Below, in pieces: positions 35,490 to 49,195 of a stretch of 64,000 bases of DNA (within the stretch, counting starts at the first letter, position 1; each line of letters opens with the position of its first letter). Under the pieces are notes generated by a model. That model ran no database searches, had not been told where the DNA came from, and worked only from the letters and a program-made list of their open reading frames with translations. The DNA is from Amoebidium appalachense (Eukaryota > Protista > Ichthyosporea). Where the stretch lies: positions 5,580,001 to 5,644,000 of the forward strand of contig CAVNZM010000014.1 of assembly GCA_963693365.1 (NCBI GenBank), read 5' to 3'. The position numbers were made by a program, and so were the translations under genes.

Positions 35490-36882
35490 GGGGGGTTTGG
35501 TTGGTTGGTTTTTTTTTGTGTGTGTGTGTGGGGGGGGGGAGGTGATAAATAGCATGTACATGTGCGTGCGCGATACGACAATCGTGTTAGTGGTGGTGGT
35601 GGTGGTGGTGTGTGTGTGTGTGTTGGGGGGGGGGGGGGGGGGGGGGGGGGGGTTGGAGAAGAGAAGCGGAAGAGGTTACATTACAACAGCGTTTCGGGCT
35701 TGACGACAAAAGACAGGTTTGTACCTTCCACGAGAATCGAATTTTAGCTTTTCAAAAAACTGCAGATATTTCTCTCCAAATATGGTTTTTGTTCAGCTAA
35801 TACAAATATTACTTAGGCAAGACGTCAATACCACCATATAAAGGCTTTGCCTAACAGCAACCAAACTCATCAATGGCAATAGCAGCTCCCATTGTGCTGA
35901 AGGAGAGCTTATGGTAACAATCCTTTTTCATGCCAAGAGCAACATGAAAAAACGAGGGTTGAGAATAAGGAATGGTGGCAAGTGGAAGGAGGCAAAACCG
36001 AGGGGGTGGGGTGGGGGGGGATACAGAGGAGGGGAAGAGGAAGACAACAAAGACACACACAAAATTATCGGAATAGCCGGATAACCAAGTGGGAAATATG
36101 GGAAGGTGGAGTAGAAAAACAGGGACGGGAGCAGTGCTCGGGGGCAAAAGGTAAAGTTGGACAAGTGCAGTAGAAGAGTGGTAGGGGTAGTGTGCACGAG
36201 AAGACGATATGGTCGGGTAGGAGGCGAGGGTGTTGGCTTAAGAAGCAGAACGGCTAGAAGGGCAAGGGTGCGCAGGGACAGGGCGGGGCCGGGAGGGTAA
36301 GGATGAGCCACAGAATACCAATTACCAGTTCAAATGGCGGACCACACCACACAGATTGCAAAGCACGCATAGAGAGTGTGCATCATAGGCAGAGCCCATC
36401 CTCCGAAGGGGAGGGGGGGGGGGGGGGGGCAAGGGGGTGAGGTGGTGTGGGGTGGGCGGGGGTGGGGGGTCAAAAGAAGAGGGTGTGTCCATGTAGAGGG
36501 AGCGAAGTACATACCCGCCAGCCCTTCTTCATACCCTCAGGGGCCTCGACGTCGCGGTTGCCAATGCCATAGGCGGGGGCAAAGGTGAGGACCGTCAAAA
36601 TACGGAACGCCATCAACGCGATGTACAGGAGCGCTGGATCAAGAGGGGGGGGAGGGGGGGGGGGGGGGGGGGGGGGGGAGGGGGGAGGGAGATGATTTTG
36701 TTAATTGGACGAGGACATTTTGAACATGGAACAAGAAAAGTGGGCAGGTTGGTTGAAGGCTTCTATGCTTCTGGACAGTGTCAGGAGAGAGAGTCGTTGA
36801 GGTAAAAAGTGGGGAAGTAGAAGGGGGGGAGGGTGAGGTAGAGGAGAGGGTTAACATTTGCCGGGGAAGAGGGAGCGAGAGT

Positions 36883-36954
<72 letters not shown>

Positions 36955-37408
36955 GAGGGAGGGAGGGAGAGAGAGAGAGAGAGGAGGGAGAGAGAGAAAA
37001 CTTTGAGGCGAGCTGACGCGGCCAGGAGGGGTAGGTGGGTGGGTGGGAAGCGGAAGGGGAGGAGGAAGAGGGTGGGGGGGGGGGGGGGGAGGGGGGAGGG
37101 AGGAAGGGGGGGGGGCATGAAAAGGGGGCCCTTGTTCGAAGGAATAAGTGGGTGCTCTTTACTATTGGTGTATGTACAACCAAGCACATGCACTAACAAT
37201 CATAGAACCATCGACAACTTAGAGAAGAAGCGATGCATCCTGCAAGTTAAACTGTATGAAGACTCGGGGATGTAAATTAAAGAAAGCAAAAGAAAGAGAA
37301 AAAAACAAGTGGGAAAGAACGGTGGAGGAGTGACTTAAACAGAAACATCTACACACCTCCATAGAGCAGGAACTGGAGCTCATCGTTAACAACATCCTTG
37401 TCTGCCAT
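34288..37408 (-). CDS. MAPEG-family membrane protein, 170 aa; exons 37408-37357, 36633-36515, 35415-35350, 34932-34768, 34398-34288
   Basis: Spliced product MADKDVV...ALLYIALMAFRILTVLTFAPAYGIGNRD...ARLERTLDNTRHSLIFFAIAVL...AYLVSRMLYVPVYVLGIPVVRSAVWVISYVG...; about four hydrophobic helices; GT-AG, phase-consistent, 513 nt. Confidence 0.82.
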
Positions 37409-37804
37409 CTTGGAAAATTCAAAGCACTGGTGGCTTAGAACGAACACAGACAGAAAACGAAACAGAAACAGAAAACCAAAGAAGGTTTGGTCGTTTTTAT
37501 AGTGCGCGGTGGGCCAGGTCCCATCTCACTGCGTGTAGTCTTTTTGTAGATGACGTCACTTTTAATGTTTCCTGAACAAGGTTGCTAGGAAACGGTATGA
37601 ATCGAGGAATAAAATACATATAAAAAGGCTACGCAAACAGACTCCAACCATTGCATGCCCATGCCATTTATACTTCGCTTGATTCATCAAGCTCTATTTA
37701 TCAAGCTCTATTTAGGCCAACTGATTGGTTGGAATAGTGTCCCAACAATCAGGTATGGTATTACTAGCCATTTCTTGGGCCCGCGGCCGCCCGCATATGG
37801 GCCA

Positions 37805-37876
<72 letters not shown>

Positions 37877-38603
37877 GTTAACACACACATGTGCACACAC
37901 ACATGTGCGCACGCCAAGTCGCGCGCCAATGTACACGCCAGCACTGACTCTGATCAACTTGCGAGTGATCACGATTGGCCAGCCATCCATTGCAACTCCA
38001 TTTTTTGTCCGAGGGTGATCGTGCAGTCTTGCGCAAGTCACCCTTGCATATGCATGGCCAACAACCCGCCAAACGGCACAGGCCCGACACACGTGCGCGC
38101 ACCCGGCGCACGCAAGCACGTATTGTAGGCTACTCACTTTGCGCTCTGGAGATGTAACTTTTTTTTTTTTTTCTTTTTTTTTTTTTCGCGGCTGTAGGGG
38201 CAAACCTGCAAATCTTGAGAGCCCTGTAAATCGTGAGAAACTTATGATCCCATACTTGGTTATTTTCTTTTTTTGTGCGTATTTTCTCATTGGTTTTGTT
38301 TGAATATGGGCGGGGAAATGGGTCGGCGCGGTCGGCGCTTCTCCGATACCTAGAACGTGAAATGTGAGCTCTCATGAGCTGCTGGCCAAAACCCTTCGGA
38401 CATGTTTTCTACATAATAAACGGGCACAAACCACTTTCTTTTCAACTAAATAAGTGTTTCTGAGTAGTTTTTGCCTTTGTTTGGGTGTAATTGTGTAGGG
38501 GTAGGTAGCTGGTGTGAGCACGTGATGCTCGGGGTAGCATTGGCCTTCATTACTGACCACAACAGTAGCATAGTACAGCACTGTTGTAACTGCGTGTCAG
38601 AAA

Positions 38604-40182
38604 ATGGCAAAGGCTCCCAAAAAAAACAAGCATATGCCTAAGCTTCGCAAAAAAGGGCCCACTCGCAGTGCACCTAGTGTAATAAAGCAGGGTTACAAGT
38701 ACGGGCCCAAGTATATTCCCATGTTCATGGAACAGGCAACTAGACAGCTAAAGAAGAGAAGCTCAGTCAAGCAACGGGTTGCCGAAGTAGCTGCAACCAC
38801 TGGCATTTCCGTTGCAACCCTATGCAGACACAAAAAAGACCCTGAGTATGGAAACAAGAAACCGGGCCCTAAGCCCATTCTAACACTGAGATGAGGAGAT
38901 TGGCCTTGCTAGTGGGCTGGTGTTCCTGGCTGGGAGGGGGTTGGGGGTTTCTCGTGCTGAAGTTCTCAGGTCTGCACAGGACATTGCTGAGCGTAACGGC
39001 AAAAAATTCAATACAGCAGACAGGCTTCCGGGTGAGGGGTGGTTCAATTTGTTCGAACGCCGTGCCAAACAGCACGGTTATAATTACAACCTCAATTTCC
39101 GCAAACCAAACGAACTTTCGAAAGCGCGCGTTTCCGCTCTCACGGAGGAGAAGATGAATTCGTGGTTTGATATGGTGGAGGCAGAACTGGTGGAAGAAAA
39201 GCAAATAAACGTGGAGAAGAATCTGTTCAATGACGACGAGAAACAACTGCGCATAACCAACGTGCGTGCGGGTCAGAAACTTCTCACGGTCACAGACATG
39301 AAAAACATACAAAGTCGGCTATGGGTTTGCGGAGCAAGACTGGCACCTATCCATCATTCCTACTATTGTTGCGTCCGGTGATGCCCTCCCACCCACCATT
39401 GTAGTGCCCTCGAGTCTCATGTCAGAGGAAATGGAAACGGCCGTTAAGTATATCCACCCAGACGCGTTGCTAGCCTACTCTGATGACGGTTGGAGCACCA
39501 GCACAATATACCTCGAGCACACCTGGCGACACCCGAATTGGAGGCAGAAGTCTTTGCCCTCAAAACAGCAAGACAGCGGTTCGGTACAGTGCACAACATT
39601 CGTCCCGAGCAGGCAGCCCCCCTCCCCACCCAACCCCCCGCGCAAACAGCCGACCCCACCAGCACGCCCCAGCAAACACCACCACACGGTCGAGCACCAC
39701 TCGCAGAACGCAACCCAAACAGCAACGCCACGATAGTGCGAAAACGGAAAAAGCAACAGGGGTGCATGATCGGAACAAGCGAGCAGCACTTGGACGGCAG
39801 AAGGGAGAAGGAACGTGTTGTGGCGGAGGAGAAGCAGAAGAAGGAGGAACGGGCAAAGGCAGCGGAGGGAAGAAAGAAGCAAAAGGCCTTAGTGGCACTG
39901 GTTATCGGTCCCTGCCAAGCAAACAAGCAGTCGGGGGAACTTTGTGGCCTCAAAGCCATGCCAAGCCACGAACACGGAGGGGTGCGACTGTGCAAGCGGC
40001 AGCTAAAGACACGGAACAAGGGGTTGGAGAACACAAGCGCCGCAGCGAAACCGAACAACACCACCAATGATGCGGAGCAGGATGTTAGCGAAAGCGAGTA
40101 CGCACAGGAGGGCGAGGGGAACAGAGCGCAAAGGAGGAGTGGGAGGAGAGATACAGGGGCAGGAGCATGTGGGAAGATGTAG
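38604..40182 (+). pseudogene. pogo-like transposase fragments (HTH, CENP-B-like HTH, partial DDE, charged tail with Cys motif)
   Basis: VAATTGISVATLCRH...KPGPKPILT; LPGEGWFNLFERR; NLFNDDEK (first catalytic D); SDDGWSTST; frameshifts; no LLILDGH-like second D or third D region seen. Confidence 0.8.
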
Positions 40183-40490
40183 GGGAAGAAGGTGAAGGAA
40201 GTGGGAGTGACACGGAGGATGATGTGATGCCCACGAGCGACTATGGGGCTGCCGTCTGATTGTTTAAAAATACTAGTAGTAAAGAGTTCCTTTTGACGCA
40301 GAACAGCTTCATATTCCGCAGTTGTGACGTTTGCGTAGTATATGTGTGCTGTATCCTCCCAGATGGTAAGCAGGACTTCCAAGTGAGGATAGTGCTTGAT
40401 TTTCAGTAACTGCGCATCATCCTTGTACTCTATGTCAACCATGTCGCTTGTGTCAAGCCGGGGCACAAGAATAATGTCGGCAAATGCCAT
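39444..40490 (-). CDS. Hypothetical antisense ORF inside the pogo element (only the first ~95 aa look globular)
   Basis: ATG-initiated 348-codon ORF; N-terminus MAFADIILVPRL...HIILRV is not low-complexity, and the rest is antisense to the transposase tail. Confidence 0.25.
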   Translation of the reverse strand: MAFADIILVPRLDTSDMVDIEYKDDAQLLKIKHYPHLEVLLTIWEDTAHIYYANVTTAEYEAVLRQKELFTTSIFKQSDGSPIVARGHHIILRVTPTSFTFFPYIFPHAPAPVSLLPLLLCALFPSPSCAYSLSLTSCSASLVVLFGFAAALVFSNPLFRVFSCRLHSRTPPCSWLGMALRPQSSPDCLFAWQGPITSATKAFCFFLPSAAFARSSFFCFSSATTRSFSLLPSKCCSLVPIMHPCCFFRFRTIVALLFGLRSASGARPCGGVCWGVLVGSAVCAGGWVGRGAACSGRMLCTVPNRCLAVLRAKTSASNSGVARCARGILCWCSNRHQSRLATRLGGYT

Positions 40491-40516
40491 TTTACTTGTC
40501 CTTGTGTATGTTTGGT

Positions 40517-41095
40517 GTCATGTGCTGAGCTGATTCGTATTAGTTTGCTTCTATATTTTGTGTTTTGGTGAGTGAATTTCGGGGGTTTTCTTGCATAGTG
40601 ATGCCGGGGTCTAAATGGGGTATGAGGAGATTAATCAGTGGTATGGGGAGAATCTGATGCAGCGGCGGCTGATTGTTTGGTGCGCGCGTGCATGCCCCAT
40701 GCCTCTGCGTACTCTCCATGTTAAATGTTGTATTGCTTCTTGCTGTGTGCGTGGCGAGACCCATGTTGCCTGCTCGCGTGTGTGTATGCTTATATGTATT
40801 GTGAGTAAACGTGTGTACGTGTTGTAGTGCTGTAGGGGTGTCTGAGGTCGCGGTAGCCAATGGTGTGGAGTGCGTGTAGTCTGTGGGGGAGGGAGTGTTG
40901 TGATTGGCTGAATGTCACTGTGGTATTTGTCTGGCCAGTGGGCCGCGTGTCTGTGAAGTGTCTCGCGGGGTCGCGGGCTTTTGGAAGTTCTTCTCAGAAC
41001 ACAAAAAACTCGCTTCCCACCCAACTCAAAGAAAAGTTTATACGTATACACGGTTTCGAGCCCCTTTAAGCGTGCAGATAGTTAGAGTAGTTCAT
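40517..41095. repeat. Dispersed repeat of about 580 bp, copy 1 (inside the pogo element)
   Basis: Colinear, same-orientation homology with 52081-52695. Confidence 0.85.
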
Positions 41096-41531
41096 ATACA
41101 CACTGTTTGTTGCCACGACATTTGGCCTCGAAGCCTCGGAGTTTTAGTGACCGTAAAAAGAGCTAGGAGAAAGTGGGAGAATAGATAGTGTGGGCACTCG
41201 ACGGGACCTCTTGTTTTGTTTTGCGGCGACATGTGATAGATCGATCATCCGACAGTCAAGAGCCTATCATGATCTACAGGGTTCTCTAATTGATTTGAAG
41301 GTATGGTCGACAAATCAACTGCCTGAACTAAACTGCTGTCGCTTTGTTGTTTTAAGTACCAGTTCCTAGTAGAGGACTTAAAATTGTATTATAAAGGGTT
41401 TTTCCGCTTTTAAAAATAATCATCCCTTCACAAGATATACGAGTTTCTGGGAAAAGTTCTCACGATTTTCAGGTTTACCCCTATACCGGATCTAAAAGAT
41501 CTGCAGTACTGTGGACAGTGTGGATATTCTG

Positions 41532-42248
41532 TGTCGTATCCTATTATGTATGTACTAGAGACGCGGCACTCTACTAAGTGTACACACACGAAAAGGAACG
41601 AACGTGTACGGAAAAACGGTAAAGTTTATTCAGACCAGGCTCCGACGGGCAAAACTTAGATCCGTACGGAATGAGGCTAAGTCACAACTGAGGCCATCAA
41701 GGCCGTGCCCTCAAAGATCATCATCACCTGGCCCCCCTACGATGCCACATTCCAAACATTCCGATCTACTTTATCGTGCGCCTGCACGAGCTAAGTCGAT
41801 CTACTCAAAACAATACTATTTATCCATGTCTCACCCCTCACCCTCCCCCTAGTGGCACCGCAGAGTCTAAATCTACATTTCATACTATCCTCCCCCCCCC
41901 TCCCTCCCCCCTTTCCTCTACATCGATATATATAAATACGTTTGGCAACATACACTATCAAACCTTGCCAATACTTACAAAAGGGCTTCTGCCCGAACAA
42001 TCACATTCCTAAGTCCTCCTACGATCTATCCTACACACTAATTAGAATTCTATTGGTCGGCTGCCCCAGCTGACGTGGTCCTGCCCTGCGCCGGCAGAGG
42101 CAAGATGCACGCAGCTGTACACTGTGCTATCTTGAGGCCCCGGACTTGATCTTGATGATCTGTGGACCCGGGCCACCCCCCCCCCCCCCCCCCCCCGATC
42201 TCGATCGTAGACTTAGGCTGATCTGCTGAGACGGATTAGTATATGTCA
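41532..42248 (-). repeat. 3' LTR (717 bp)
   Basis: Near-identical to 49196-49910. Confidence 0.95.
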
Positions 42249-42266
42249 ACTCCCCCCCCCCCCCCC
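42249..42266 (-). promoter_or_regulatory. Polypurine tract
   Basis: G-run plus AGT immediately before TGACAT of the 3' LTR on the minus strand. Confidence 0.8.
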
Positions 42267-42393
42267 GGCCCCCCGGAAAAGCTGAGTCCCACCTCAGTCA
42301 CATTACATCTAACACCCCCTAAAAAGACATAGACTAATCAGTCTCCTAAAAAAATTAAATTAAATAAATTACGAAGAAAAATAATAAATTAAT

Positions 42394-45300
42394 CTACACC
42401 ATAAGCTTGATACCTACGGAGACACTGCTATGATAATAAATTAAATTCCTACGACTACGTTCACACTCCTCCTCGGTCTCCTCCCCCCCCTCCCCCTCCC
42501 CCCGTGTGTCTACGTGTATTTGCATCACCCCCCCCCCCCCCCGGCCCCCTCCCCCCACCGACTTTTTCACACCACGATTAAACTGAGGAATAACTCTCTT
42601 TGGCCTAGAGGGAGCACTAGGCAACTCCCTCTGCACTAATCTAGCCTCATAAGCACGAATAGAAAACGGGCAATCCAAATGAAACTCAGGCAACCACTGA
42701 TCTTCCTGATAACCTCCCTCAAAACGAATTAAATAATAATTTACCTTACCTTCCTTACCTTCGATAACCTTTTTATCCATAATTTTATCTACTGCAGCCT
42801 CCGATACATCCACCGACCCGTCATAGTCGGGGGTGAATGCATCTAACACTCGACGGCCCTCCGGCCGTTTAACCCTAAGGGCCCTATCATAATATTCCTT
42901 TATATCATCTACATTATAAAATCTAACATCACTCTCATTATCTAACCTCTGCACCTTATATTCCGTCGGACCTAACCTAGCCACTATTTTATACGGGCCA
43001 ATGAAAAGAGGCAACCATTTCTTACCATACTTACGAAGACCTTCCCCTTCACCCTTACCTTCCTGCTCCTGCTTATATCTCTTTTTCCTAGTATGATACC
43101 TAATTAAAACTAAAGTACCCTCGGCAAATTCACGTAACGGACGTGTGGACACGTCTGCACGTGTCTGTGCCTGCTGTGTACGGGCCAGAGCTGCATCACG
43201 TGCAGCCCGGGCCCGGGTTAGTAGCTGCTCCCGGAACTCAGTCCAGTGGGGATAAGTTAGTCGGTCAGCCCCCCCCATCGGCAAAAGTGCCATATCTAAC
43301 AAACTAATAGCCTCCTGCCCATAGACCAAATAAAACGGAGAAAACCCAGTCACAGCATGAGGGGTAGAATTATATGAATGAGCAATAAACCGAGACATAT
43401 GATCCCAATCATTAGCCTCCACATCCACCATTTTGCCAAAGGACTTCTGAAACACTGCATGCACACGTTCAGAGATGGCATTTGCTTGAGGGTGATATGC
43501 AGACGTAGTGATATGAGCTACCCTTAAAATTTTACACACCTCCGACACCAACTGATTTAAAAACACACGACTCCTATCCGTTAACAAAACACGAGGACAA
43601 CCAAACCTAAGACAAATTTCATCCACAAAAATACGAGCAAACAAAACGGCATTAGCAGTGGGGAGAGGAAAAACTTCAACCCAACGAGTGGCCACATCGG
43701 TGACGGTAACAAGAACAGTGTTACCCTCAACCGTAGAATTAAAAGGACCGACCACATCCACTGCTACCCTTTCAAACATACGAACATTAAAATCCCTAAT
43801 AAACGACGGGCGGGAACGAGAGTGGGGACTCTCATTCCTTTCCTGACAATGCATGCATGACAACACATAATCCCTCACCTCCCTACTCATACCCGGCCAA
43901 AAATACGAACGATTAACACGAAGCAACGTCCTATTTACACCTAAATGACCAGCCATGGGATGCTCATGCACCATATGCAAAACCTCAGGCACAAGTGCCG
44001 TCGGGACCCAAACTCGGTGTCCGTCTGGCCCAGAACAATGATAAACTAAATCCTGCTCAACCTGACACATTTTTGCTAACTTAGCTACCTTAATCATCTG
44101 CCTTTTATTTTTAAATTTAATCGAATCAACCGGCCCCTTTAAATAATTCTTAACCAGACCAATCAACACATCTTCCTCCTGAGCTAAGATCAAAGCCGTA
44201 GGTGCTAAGGCAGGGGCCGAGCCATGAGACTCGGTCCCGACCTCAGACACGGACAAATACCTCCCCCCCCCTCCCCTACACTTATAAGCAAGCAACCCCG
44301 GAGCCCAAGAAGACACATCAACAGACACAGCATCTATTCCTTTCTGCTCACTCTCCCCCCCCTTCCCCCCCTCCCCCCCCCCGTCTTTCACTAGCCCCCC
44401 CTCCCCCTCCTTCTCTTCTTCAAACAAAATACTAGCAGCACGAGAGAGAGCATCACAGTCAACCATTGTTTCACCCTTGGCATAAAACAATTTATAGGAG
44501 AACTCACCGAGAGCCGCGGCCCACTTCTGCATCCTCTCGTTGACCAGACGAGTGGTGCCGGCCATGGCTAGGCAGGGCTTGTGGTCGGTGTAGACCTCAA
44601 ACGTCCTGCCTGCGAGTATATACCTCCATGCCTGTGAGACTGCCCAAAAGATAGCATGGGACTCTCTCTCCGGATTGCGATATCTACGTTCACTTTTACT
44701 AAATGAACGACTAGCATAAGCAATCACTCTATCCTGCCCCTCCTGCACTTGATATAACACTGCCCCCTCAGCAACCTTACTTGCATCACACCGAACTTTA
44801 AACATCCCCCCCCCCCCCCGGCCGAAAAATCAGGATGAACAAGCATACTCGAAGACTGCAAAGCTAACTTAAGCTTTTTGAAAGCAGAAACAGCATCAAC
44901 ATTCCAATCTATTCTGTTCTTCTTCTCCCCCCCCGTCTGACTAGTTAACGGCAAAGCAAGCATACTATAATCCTTAATATAACGACGAAGATAATTAGTT
45001 AAACCTAAAAATTGCCTTAGTTGAGTGACAGTCTGAGGACGGGGCCACTCAACTATGGCCCGGATTTTCTCCGGATCAGGGGAAAGACCATTACTAGACA
45101 CAATATGACCTAAAAACTTAACCTCCGGCACACCAATCACAGTCTTGCTACCGCTAATACGAAGACCAGACTCACCCAAAGCTAAAAATACTTTTTCACA
45201 ATTATTTACTAACTCTTCAAATGACCTACCTTTAATTAAAACATCATCCAAATAAGGGTGGCATACATCCAAATGAGGGTGGAGAATTTTATACATTACC

Positions 45301-47132
45301 CGGCACAACATAGCTGGCGGAGGAGAGCAAACCCATCGGCACCACCTTGTACTGGAACAGCTGGTCACCCAGTGCAAAGGCAGTCTTCTCCTTGCTGCTC
45401 TCCTCCAACCTTATCTGCCAAAAAGCTGCTTTTAAATCAAGTTTAGCAAAGTGAGTATAGCTGTGCAGCTGTGAAAGCTGCTCGTCTATGTTAGGGAGAG
45501 GCCATTGGTCTGCCTGAGTGATCCGATTCAGAGCCCTGTAATCGTTCACTAGACGCCAAGACCCGTCGGGCTTCTTAACCAATAGCACCGGACTTCTCCA
45601 CGGACTCGAACTATGCTCCACATGACCCTTTTTTAACATATCACTCACTATTATTAGCGCATCCGACAATTTATACTGCTCCATTCTATAGCTAGGCATC
45701 ACTACCGGCCTATTATCACCTGTGTCGATCTGCATTTCAAACCCTTTAACTCTTCGTTATCATCGGCCAGAAATGCAAACCGAGTCCTATCAAATAACTT
45801 AGCTAGCAATTTTTTCTGTTCTACCGTCCAATCCCCCTCCTTCATACCAAACGGCAATACTAACTCCGGGTTACCCCCATCACAAGTGGATGCATCCTTA
45901 TTCACCGGAGTGCCACTTAACATTTCACCTCCTGTATTACTAACATCGGTGCTGCTCGGGGTGAGGTTGAGGTACCTCCGGATATAGGCGGTCACCCTTA
46001 GCACCCCCCCTCCCCCCGGCACACCCATGCCCCCGGGCAATTCCTGATGAGTTAGTGCATGTATGTGGGGGGCCAGGTCTGTGGCCACCCTGCCCCCCAC
46101 GGTGTTGGTTAACCCGTCAGATCCACGGGTTAGACCAACACCCTCCCCCCCTGCCTGCACATTCTCACACCCGGGGTGACCCTCCTTCCTCTTGGGGGTC
46201 GGGGGAGTGCCAGTGGGACCGGTGCTGTCCCGGTCCCCCCCCCCATCGTGTCGGGTGACATTTTGGTGGCCAACGTTAAATAAAGTTGTTCCCCCTCCTC
46301 CTGAGTCACCCTTCGAGCCGGCATCCTCCTTTTGGGTAATAAGAGAGACCTCTATACTACCAATCTCATTAGTGAAACTACCGACGGAAACACCTGACCT
46401 AATCACTATAGGCTCGATGCCCGGATTCACTAATTCTATTTCTATTGTCTTATCCGGCCATACCCTACTAAGGGTCCATTGAGCGACCTCCTGAAATGGG
46501 GTTTTCGGAGTAAAAACCCCTAAATCCCCTATCCTAACATGATTGCCGGCCCGGACACGTACCGTTTGGCACTGATAAGGCTCGATTACTACTTCAGCTA
46601 CCGTTCTAGCACCAGACTGATAACCGTCGAGCCCATCATGGGTTTTAATTTTAACGCCGGACTGCAATTCTAAAACATTCGTACGTTCAAACAAAGCATT
46701 CACATGTCTACGGAAAAATGGGGCTCCCAACAAAACACTTTGAGCTAAATCCTTAACCACATAACAAGCAATATGCATAGCCTGGCCACCTATCTCACAC
46801 GGCAACACACAAACACCTTCCACAGACATACTACTATTATTAGCACTACCTAAGGCTGTGCTAGAAGCATCTAAAATAGGAATTTCCCCCCCGGCCTGAT
46901 TAAAACGACGAATAAACGAAGCATGCACACAATTAACCTGAGCCCCTCCATCGAGCAAAGCAACAGCCTTCAACTTACCATCAGCTAACCATACGTCTAT
47001 ATAATGCCGGCTAAAACCAACTAAATCCTCCTCCAATTCAAGCAACACATCATCACTCACACCCAATCCCTGCCCACGCAGACTCACACCCTCGATACCT
47101 ACGTGCAACATACCTACCTGTGGTGCCTGCAC
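42394..47132 (-). pseudogene. Gypsy pol (PR, dUTPase-like spacer, RT, RNase H, integrase, GPY/F, chromodomain), frameshifted near 45730, 45320 and 44810
   Basis: ALLDGGAQVN; WRLVNDYRALN; KLDLKAAFWQ; YLDD; CDASKVAEGAVL; YTDHKP; HEHPMAGHLG...CMHC; VDVVGP...TDR...SERVH; FIGPYKIV; VDKIMDKK...YLIRFEGG...WLPEFHLDCP. Confidence 0.93.
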
Positions 47133-47702
47133 GGGTGGGGTGGGGTGTGTATGTGATGTGGGTGGTGGTGGAGTGTGTGTGTGTGGTGTGTGGGTGGGTG
47201 GTCACGGTGTGTGTGTGTTTGGTGTATGTGTGGGTGTGTGTGTGGGTGTAGGTGTGTCTGCAACCGTCGTATGTTGTTGTGGTGGTGTGTTTCTACGTGT
47301 CTGTGCCTTCCCCCCCCTTCCCCCTTTACTCGTGTGTGTCCCCCCCCCTCCCGGAAACAATGGCACAGAAACCCCCTCCGGTGTGGTTAGAACAAACACC
47401 GGGTTGGGACAAGAAACACTGAGACCATCCACTTGTGACTGGGGAACCTCCCCCAACCACAAAACATTCACACCATTCATACCTTTGGTAGAGTCACCCC
47501 ACAAACATTCATGCCATACCACCTCGACGTTGTCTTGAGGACCCACGACGATGCCCGGCTCCCACACGTATCGGGGCGGTGAGGGGGCAAAGGGAAGCTT
47601 AACCTGGGGTGGGGGAGGGTGAAGGTTCTCTGCAACCTGGGGGGGACCGATACTGTCCCCCCCCCCTCCCTCAGTGACCCCAGCCTCCCCCTCCCCCGGA
47701 AC

Positions 47703-49038
47703 TCAATAGCTCTTGTAACTACGGCAATATGCAGCAGAGTGCCCTTGCCGGCCACAAAAGTAACATGCACCAAAGAAGGGGCCAGGGGGGACTTCAAAAC
47801 CTTGGCGCAAAGCATAACCGGGAGCCCGGTCATGCTGGGGGGGCCCACCGTGTGCACCACGGCCCCCCCTTCCCCCCTGCCCCCCTCGGCCTCTCTCACC
47901 ACCATTTCCACCCCCTCCCTCTACCCTGCCCACCACCACGAGCAAGATAAGGGACAAACCTCTCGGTGAACTGCTGCTGTTGTCCTCCACGTCCACCGCG
48001 CCCACGACCGCCGTGTCCACCCCGGTCGCCGCCACGGCCACCCCGGAAGCCGAAGCCCCCTCGGCCAGAGAAGACGGCTTGGGAGAGCTCGGCAACCTGC
48101 TTGACCAACATGGTGAGTGCATCTGGCTGTTCACCCTCTTTTTTCTCTTTTTCCCCCTTCTGTCCACTCTCCTTCTTTTTCTTGTCTACTTCCATCGCCT
48201 CCTTTTTATCCCTCTTATTGAACTTTACCTTGTGCATGGCAAGCAAGTGACGTTTAACATGCAACACCACCTCATCTACATCATCATGCTCCCCAAACAT
48301 GCGTGCAGTGTCTGTGTTTACAGAGAGAGCCTTACGAGCAAACTCGAACTTTTCCCTATCACTCACGTCACCAGCTAACTCACAAAGGTCTTCAAAGACC
48401 CGATATTCCCTCTCAAAGAATGCACGAGCTTCTACGGGGGACATATCTAAAGTGGGAAAGGTATACTTCCATTCTCGTAGCTGGGCCCGGAAGGTACGGC
48501 GCCGGTCGGCCGTCAGGTATCGGCCGACGAGCCGGGCCGTATACTCGAGCTCGTTTTCCGGCCGTGTGAAGGCCTCGAGCTCCCCGTCCACGTCGTCGGT
48601 GCTGTTCTCGTCCTCGTCGTCGGGGATGAATCGTGCGGCCAGACGTTTCTGGCCGAGCGTCTGGGACACCATCTCGTCCCTCCCCTCGTCGTACTGCTGC
48701 TCGTATATACGAGCCGTCACCTGGGGGGCCTGCTCGGCCCGGTACGGGTGCTCCTCCATAAGGGTGCATAAGTCGGCCATAGTCTTGTGGTCGATGCACT
48801 CCTTGATCATTAGGCACGAGGCCGCCACAGTGGGGGCCTTCTTAGTGTCTAACACTAGTGTGGGTGTGTTAGCTAGGAGTGTCCTAAGCCACCTAGGTAT
48901 TTCCGAGTCATGTTTGAGTGTAAAACTGAAAGCTGTGGTCTGTCTAACGTCTAGTGTATGAACCTGTGGTACCTGTGTGTGCAGGGAGCTATCCTCCGCT
49001 GCCAATGCGTAGAACATATCTACGTTGAACTTAGCCAT
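47703..49038 (-). pseudogene. Gypsy gag with RGG tract and CCHC zinc knuckle (frameshift in a G-run near 47915)
   Basis: ORF from ATG 49038 (MAKFNVDMF...); AMEVD motif; CYFCGRQGHSAAYC in an adjacent frame. Confidence 0.85.
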
Positions 49039-49195
49039 TGTGTGGTGTGTGCCCGAACTCGTGTGGTTGTGTTTATGTTTTTTTTTTTTTGTTTGTTTTT
49101 TTTTTGTTGTGTGTTTGAGGTGTAGCAACAGCCCAGAAGGAACTGTCACCGCGTTACCCTAGCGCGAAAAACCGCACTAAAAGAAAGGTGTAGCT

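Larger units (their letters stand above)
38197..41481 (+). mobile_element. pogo/Tc1-mariner-superfamily DNA transposon (deleted, non-autonomous)
   Basis: 24-bp TIRs GGGGCAAACCTGCAAATCTTGAGA (38197-38220) and 41458-41481 (21/24 match); TA on both sides; the empty-site equivalent GCGGCTGTATACCGGATC is present at 51002. Confidence 0.88.
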
